A stretch of DNA of 64,000 nucleotides from an uncultured Rikenellaceae bacterium. Lineage in GTDB: Bacteria > Bacteroidota > Bacteroidia > Bacteroidales > VadinHA17. The translations under genes were made by a program, and so were the position numbers. Each line of letters opens with the position of its first letter. Positions within the stretch are counted from its first letter, which is position 1. A model generated the notes under the pieces. That model saw only the letters and a program-made list of their open reading frames with translations, was not told the origin of the DNA and did no database searches. Below, in pieces: positions 59,461 to 64,000 of the stretch. The DNA lies in contig CAYQZL010000003.1 in the NCBI GenBank assembly GCA_964421975.1, positions 1,310 to 65,309 of the forward strand. The letters run 5' to 3'.

Positions 59461-59912
59461 TTGACTAATCTTTTCCTTTACCATTCTGAAAAAGCACCCC
59501 AGAAACGACCAGAATCAACCAGAATCAAAATTTGTGATATGGGTTTCATTAAGATTACAGGACTCACATACCCTTTAATGAAGACTCCTGTGGGAATCCT
59601 GGCCGGGAGAAAAAAGTATGTTGGATGCGGTCTCAAATCTGACCCAGAGACACGATCTCCAGGTTGGGCGAGATCTGGTGAGAATTGTTGAAGGGTCGTC
59701 GGTCTGATCCAACCAGAAAGATTGATTACCCTCGGCCATTTTAATGTTGAGAAGCATGATTCACATAAAAACAGCCATGAAGATTTGTAACTAAGAATTC
59801 ACTATCTGCTTACTTTATAAAACCAGTCCGGTTGTATTTGATTTGATGATTTATGCGATGCAAATTAAATTGATCGCTGGAGTATATTTCATATCTTTGG
59901 TTTACGTTAACC

Positions 59913-60470
59913 ATGAAGGATCTGAAAAAGATTTTTATCGTCTTTTTTTTCTTCTTAATACCTATTGATCAATCCATGGCTCAGACAAAAACCTTTGTCC
60001 CTTCAGACTTTGAAGTTCCTGAAATGTTGGAAACTCAGCATTTCAGATTAAGAATGCTGACTGTGAATGATGTTGTTAAAGATTATGATGCAGTGATGAC
60101 CAGCATTGATCATCTTCATGGAGTATTTGGACCCGATTCTCAATGGCCATCAAAGGATTTATCCTTCGAACAGGATTTGATTGACCTGGGTTGGCATCAG
60201 AAAGAATTTCAAAAACGAAGTTCTTTTGCATATACAGTTGTATCACTTGATGAAAGGACTGTATTAGGATGTCTATATATTTTCCCGACGAATAAGCTAA
60301 CATTCGATTCTGAGGTTACGATGTGGGTTCGAAAGAGTGCCTATGACGAAGGGCTCGATTCTATCTTATTTACAGCTGTCAGGGAATGGATTTCGAAAGA
60401 ATGGCCGTTTAAAAATCCTGGTTATCCAGGGAGAAGTATATCTTGGGCTAACTGGGAGTCAGCCAAATAA
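59913..60470 (+). CDS. Secreted GNAT-like acetyltransferase-fold protein
   Basis: Signal peptide plus the pattern FRLRMLTVNDVVKDYDAVM...GCLYIFP. This is a moderate-confidence call. Confidence 0.45.
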   Translation: MKDLKKIFIVFFFFLIPIDQSMAQTKTFVPSDFEVPEMLETQHFRLRMLTVNDVVKDYDAVMTSIDHLHGVFGPDSQWPSKDLSFEQDLIDLGWHQKEFQKRSSFAYTVVSLDERTVLGCLYIFPTNKLTFDSEVTMWVRKSAYDEGLDSILFTAVREWISKEWPFKNPGYPGRSISWANWESAK

Positions 60471-60641
60471 GTCAGTACGAATTGCATATCCAGGCGGGGT
60501 CGTCAAGTATTGTCTTAGCCCCCAAATAGCCAGACATAATTTTAAATCCATTCCCAACCTCTTTATTTTTCTTTTTGTTTGAAACCAATTTTTGGCCTTG
60601 GGTTACTCTCTTCCTGGTGCATTTGCTGAAGAGCGGTAAAT

Positions 60642-60781
60642 ATGATGGAAAAGCCGGAAGCATTGACCACTTCTGGCCGGTCTGAAATTCAAGAATATAA
60701 TGTATTTAAAAACAGCCATTTACAACCGGCTGGCGATGGTCAACTAACTCCGGCTGAGAGTGGTCAATATCAACGGCTTAT
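60642..60781 (+). repeat. MITE-like dispersed repeat, copy 2 (core 60663-60767)
   Basis: Aligns with 52958-53096 over its whole length with only scattered substitutions. Confidence 0.7.
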
Positions 60782-61001
60782 GCATCAATAAACTAAATCA
60801 CTCCATTTCACCTGTAGTATTAGTAAACAGGTAGTGACACATTAAAGAGAATGGGTACATGATTATCTGTCCCGGAATGGTCATTATCTTAGCTAACTGA
60901 TATTAATTATGATATTCACACTGATAAAATATTTCCAGAATCATATCCGGAATGGATTTATTTTCCTAAATTTTCATTTTTAATCTTTAAATAATCACTA
61001 T

Positions 61002-62204
61002 ATGAGCATAAAAGGAGATTCAAATCCGATTGGCAGAAGGGAATTTATAAGGAAAAGTTCTCTTGCAGCCATATCGTTTCCGGTAGCAGGAAGTCTTTCA
61101 GCTGAAAAGCCAAATAATACTGAGACAGGCAAGTTTAATATAAATACTCCTGAATGGCGCAACAGACAGGAAGAGATGTTTTACCGCCGGCTGGGAAGAA
61201 CAGGATTGATGGTTTCAGAACTGGTTTATGGCACAGAAAGAAACAATCCTGATAATATACGCCCTGTTGAGATTGCTTTTGAGAGAGGGATCAATTATTT
61301 CGATACAGCACCTTCTTACAATAAAGGTTTGGCAGAAGCTACTCTTGCAAAGGTATTTAACACACCCTCAAAAAGAGATAAAACCTTCGTTGCAACAAAG
61401 ATCACTGCTTTTATTCCGACAAGAAACCGCCTTTACCGTGAAATCTTTGACAAGCTTTCCGGTTCCAAACAGAATGAGATTAGAGAAAAAGCCGGAAGGC
61501 TTCGTCTGGAATGCGGTATAGAGAAACCTGAATATTTTATGGTTTATTGGCCCGGACAGCAGCAACAGATGGATGGTGCCTTTCTGAGTGATGCCATGAA
61601 AGATGAATACGGGGACAGAATTGAAAGAAGTCCGGAACTTAAGAAAGTCATAGTAAACAGTGTTGAAGAATCTCTGAAAAGAGCTGGCACAGATTATTTT
61701 GATGTACTTCATTGTCCACATGCCGCTGCAACATCAGAAGAGATCAGTAATCCCATCATACCTGAAACTTTCAATGAACTGAAAAAGCAGGGGAAGGTAC
61801 GTTTTCTGGGATTCTCCTCACATCATGGCATGGCGGAACTACTTAAAACAGCAATGGAGCTTGACTATTATGATGTTGTTATGCTTGCCTACAATGTTAT
61901 AAACCATGCTTTTCTGGATCATCTTCTGATTAGTGCGAGGGAAAAAGGTATCGGTCTTATAGCGATGAAGGCAGCAATGGCAGTTGCAACACCTTATGAT
62001 CCGGAAAAGGTTCCTGTACCTGAATGGAGAGTCAGCAAGCTCAACAGGATAATTCCTGAAGAGATGAAACTCCAGATTAAAGCATTCCTGTGGGCACTTC
62101 AGAATAATGATCTTTCTGCAGTCAATGCCGGCATGTATACTGAAGAAATGGTTCTTGATAATCTTACCGCGGTGGGAAGAAAAATAGATCTTAATCTTGC
62201 CTGA
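61002..62204 (+). CDS. TAT-exported aldo/keto reductase
   Basis: Twin-arginine signal GRREFIRKSS and AKR motifs (GINYFDTAPSY, GFSSH). Confidence 0.8.
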   Translation: MSIKGDSNPIGRREFIRKSSLAAISFPVAGSLSAEKPNNTETGKFNINTPEWRNRQEEMFYRRLGRTGLMVSELVYGTERNNPDNIRPVEIAFERGINYFDTAPSYNKGLAEATLAKVFNTPSKRDKTFVATKITAFIPTRNRLYREIFDKLSGSKQNEIREKAGRLRLECGIEKPEYFMVYWPGQQQQMDGAFLSDAMKDEYGDRIERSPELKKVIVNSVEESLKRAGTDYFDVLHCPHAAATSEEISNPIIPETFNELKKQGKVRFLGFSSHHGMAELLKTAMELDYYDVVMLAYNVINHAFLDHLLISAREKGIGLIAMKAAMAVATPYDPEKVPVPEWRVSKLNRIIPEEMKLQIKAFLWALQNNDLSAVNAGMYTEEMVLDNLTAVGRKIDLNLA

Positions 62205-62221
62205 TTGCAAAAGCCTTTGAT

Positions 62222-62344
62222 ACTGACCATTTCCAACCGGTATATATTGACCACATCAGGTCGGAGTAAATCTCATGAATTATGGATAAATATGAAAATA
62301 AATATATTTCCGGCTGAATTTGGTTAAAGCGACCGGCTTATGCA
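62222..62344 (+). repeat. Diverged third copy of the MITE-like repeat
   Basis: TGACCATTTCCAACCGG, TTGACCACATCAGGTCGGAG, CCGGCTGAATTTGGTTAA and GACCGGCTTATGCA modules appear in the same order as in copies 1 and 2. Confidence 0.45.
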
Positions 62345-62608
62345 GGTTATGACAAAGGCTTTATATATCATCTTGAGAAAGAATATTCAGGCTCACATAC
62401 AGATTTAAAAGCAAAACTATTTATGACTGCAGGGGAAACAGAGGATTCATCAATGGCCATAAATGTGGATAAAATGGCTGGTATCCTTGAATCACGAAAG
62501 TATCCTGGATTTACTGTCACAACATATGTATTTCCAAATGAAACACATCAGTCCTGTATACCTGCATCGATAATGAGAGCTTTTCGGGTTCTTTATAGTA
62601 AACCATAG
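62345..62608 (+). pseudogene. C-terminal fragment of an alpha/beta-hydrolase (esterase) gene, truncated at the repeat boundary
   Basis: The frame is open from 62318. ...KLFMTAGETED...YPGFTVTTYVFPNETHQSCIPASIMRAFRVLY resembles esterase C-termini. No N-terminal catalytic part is present. Confidence 0.4.
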
Positions 62609-62746
62609 AACAATTAATATTGACAATATAATTCAGACAGATTTGCAAAGATATTTTTTAAGACCAGGATCTTATTGAATACCTGAAGTGAGTATCCAAA
62701 ATATCATGAAGGAATTTCGTGAATTTTATCGAAGACCTTGCACCAA

Positions 62747-62795
62747 ATGCTGACGCTAACGGTCAGCATCGTGACCCCTGACGCTTCGGTCAGGG
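62747..62795 (+). repeat. Two adjacent stem-loops with the same core (ATGCTGAC-GCTAACG-GTCAGCAT; CCCTGAC-GCTTCG-GTCAGGG)
   Basis: Read directly from the sequence: an 8-bp stem and a 7-bp stem. Both are built on CTGACGCT..CGGTCAG. Confidence 0.5.
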
Positions 62796-62824
62796 CGCCA
62801 GGACAAAAAGACACCATCCAAGAG

Positions 62825-62889
62825 GTCTTGTAAGTGTCTGATTTTCCAGAAAGCCGTCCGACTTTGACCACTTCAAAAGAAGGGCTGGG
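62825..62889 (+). repeat. Dispersed repeat CTTGTAAGTGTCTGATTTTCCAGAAA...TTGACCACTTCAA (copy 2)
   Basis: Aligns with 56954-57018. Confidence 0.6.
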
Positions 62890-63111
62890 AACACTTGAAC
62901 AGGTCTTGACTCCTGGGATTTATTAATCGGTGACTCAGATTTATTTGACTTCGCCTTTTGCCTGCTCCTGAGTCATGCAATTTTGATAATTATTCCGGTC
63001 CTTCAGTTTTTAAAGGATCATTTATTTATTTTTACTGTATGTAAATGAGCTAAGTCACACTGAGTATGAAATACCCTTAATTATAACAGTACTATTTTAA
63101 TACCTGAAACT

Positions 63112-64000
63112 ATGACAACAAGACGGACTTTTCTGAAGAACACTGCACTTGCCTCTGCCGGGCTGGGACTGGCTCCTGTTGTATCAGGAACATTAACCGC
63201 CTGTGCACCCTCAGACAGAATAAATGTCGGACTCATTGGCTGTAACGGAATGGGATTCAGTAATCTGAGAGAATTTCTTAATCATCCCGAGGTTGAATGC
63301 ATTGCTTTATGCGATATTGATGAAACCGTTCTAAACCGCAGGGCCGGCGATGTTGAGAAAATACGGGGCAACCAGCCGGCAAACCTGTACAAGGACTGGC
63401 GCAGGCTGATCGATAACAGGGATGTTAACCTGGTGATAGTAGGAACGCCCGATCACTGGCATTGCCTGCAGATGGTTGCCGCCTGCGAGGCTGGCAAGGA
63501 TGTATATTGTGAAAAACCTCTGGGAAGAACGATAGAAGAGTGCAACATTATGATTAATGCTGCAAAGAAGAACAAAACTGTTGTTCAGGTGGGACAGTGG
63601 CAGAGGAGCGATCCTCACTGGCTGGAGGCTGTTGATTTCCTGAGGTCGGGGAAGCTCGGGAATATCAGGATCGTAAGAGTCTATTCATATCAGGGCTGGA
63701 ACACCTCCATACCTGTGGTTGCTGATGAGCCTGTTCCTCAGGGTGTTGATTATGACATGTGGCTCGGTCCGGCACCCTCCCGCCCATTCAACCGTAACCG
63801 CTACCATTTTACATTCAGATGGTTCTGGGATTACGCCGGGGGACTTATGACTGACTGGGGTGTCCATCTCCTCGACTTTGCCTTATACGGGATGAACGTT
63901 ACTGCACCGAAATCAATTATGGCCATGGGCGGTAAGTATGGCTACCCCGACGATGCATGCGAAACACCCGACAGCCTGCAGGTTATTTATGAATTTGATG
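63112..64000 (+). CDS. TAT-exported Gfo/Idh/MocA-family oxidoreductase (3' end beyond the window)
   Basis: My own translation: MTTRRTFLKNTALASAGLGLAP..., INVGLIGCNGMG Rossmann motif, and EKPL. The ORF is open to the window end, so it is absent from the ORF track. Confidence 0.8.
   Translation, partial: MTTRRTFLKNTALASAGLGLAPVVSGTLTACAPSDRINVGLIGCNGMGFSNLREFLNHPEVECIALCDIDETVLNRRAGDVEKIRGNQPANLYKDWRRLIDNRDVNLVIVGTPDHWHCLQMVAACEAGKDVYCEKPLGRTIEECNIMINAAKKNKTVVQVGQWQRSDPHWLEAVDFLRSGKLGNIRIVRVYSYQGWNTSIPVVADEPVPQGVDYDMWLGPAPSRPFNRNRYHFTFRWFWDYAGGLMTDWGVHLLDFALYGMNVTAPKSIMAMGGKYGYPDDACETPDSLQVIYEFD

Noticed and set aside
59461-59757. Two mutually overlapping opposite-strand ORFs (76 aa and 60 aa).
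   Set aside because: Both cannot be coding and neither has any recognisable motif. The region is reported as a stop-poor non-coding segment in the findings.
1-64000. Search for CRISPR arrays, tRNA/rRNA/tmRNA genes, integrases, reverse transcriptases and full-length transposases.
   Set aside because: I saw no regularly spaced direct repeats, no tRNA T-arm or acceptor signatures, and no ORF with integrase, RT or DDE motifs. The only transposase-related ORF is the DDE-less IS1595 zinc-ribbon module.

Overview
This window looks like a low-GC Bacteroidota-type chromosomal segment. Supporting signs are TAnnTTTG-like -7 boxes, many lipoprotein or TAT signal peptides, and tight operons. I saw no rRNA, tRNA or CRISPR array. 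Most genes are ordinary housekeeping or accessory metabolism: ABC transporters, methyltransferases, hydrolases, lgt, xth, an SSF symporter and oxidoreductases. Notable content follows. (1) An AbiEi/AbiEii type IV toxin-antitoxin pair at the left edge has a duplicated palindromic operator and sits next to a 43-codon hsdM relic. (2) A psrABC-like molybdopterin polysulfide/thiosulfate reductase operon is extended by two half-size YeeE/YedE sulfur transporters and a Cys-less rhodanese that ends in a terminal Cys. (3) The best candidate for an undescribed system is a five-cistron minus-strand operon at 25.6-29.5 kb. It encodes an ArsM-type methyltransferase, a signal-peptide thioredoxin, an unannotated 32-aa CC-x9-C peptide, a radical SAM/SPASM enzyme and a thioredoxin::thioredoxin-reductase fusion. 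The peptide ORF exactly fills the gap before the radical SAM gene. (4) Three paralogous membrane proteins combine a DUF4145-like N-terminal domain, a TM helix and TPR repeats. Two of them form a tandem duplication that includes the promoter. (5) A Trx-coupled arsC/arsR locus carries decayed downstream genes. (6) A mosaic family of short dispersed intergenic repeats is associated with gene truncations. All homology calls come from motif recognition by eye and none is from a database search.
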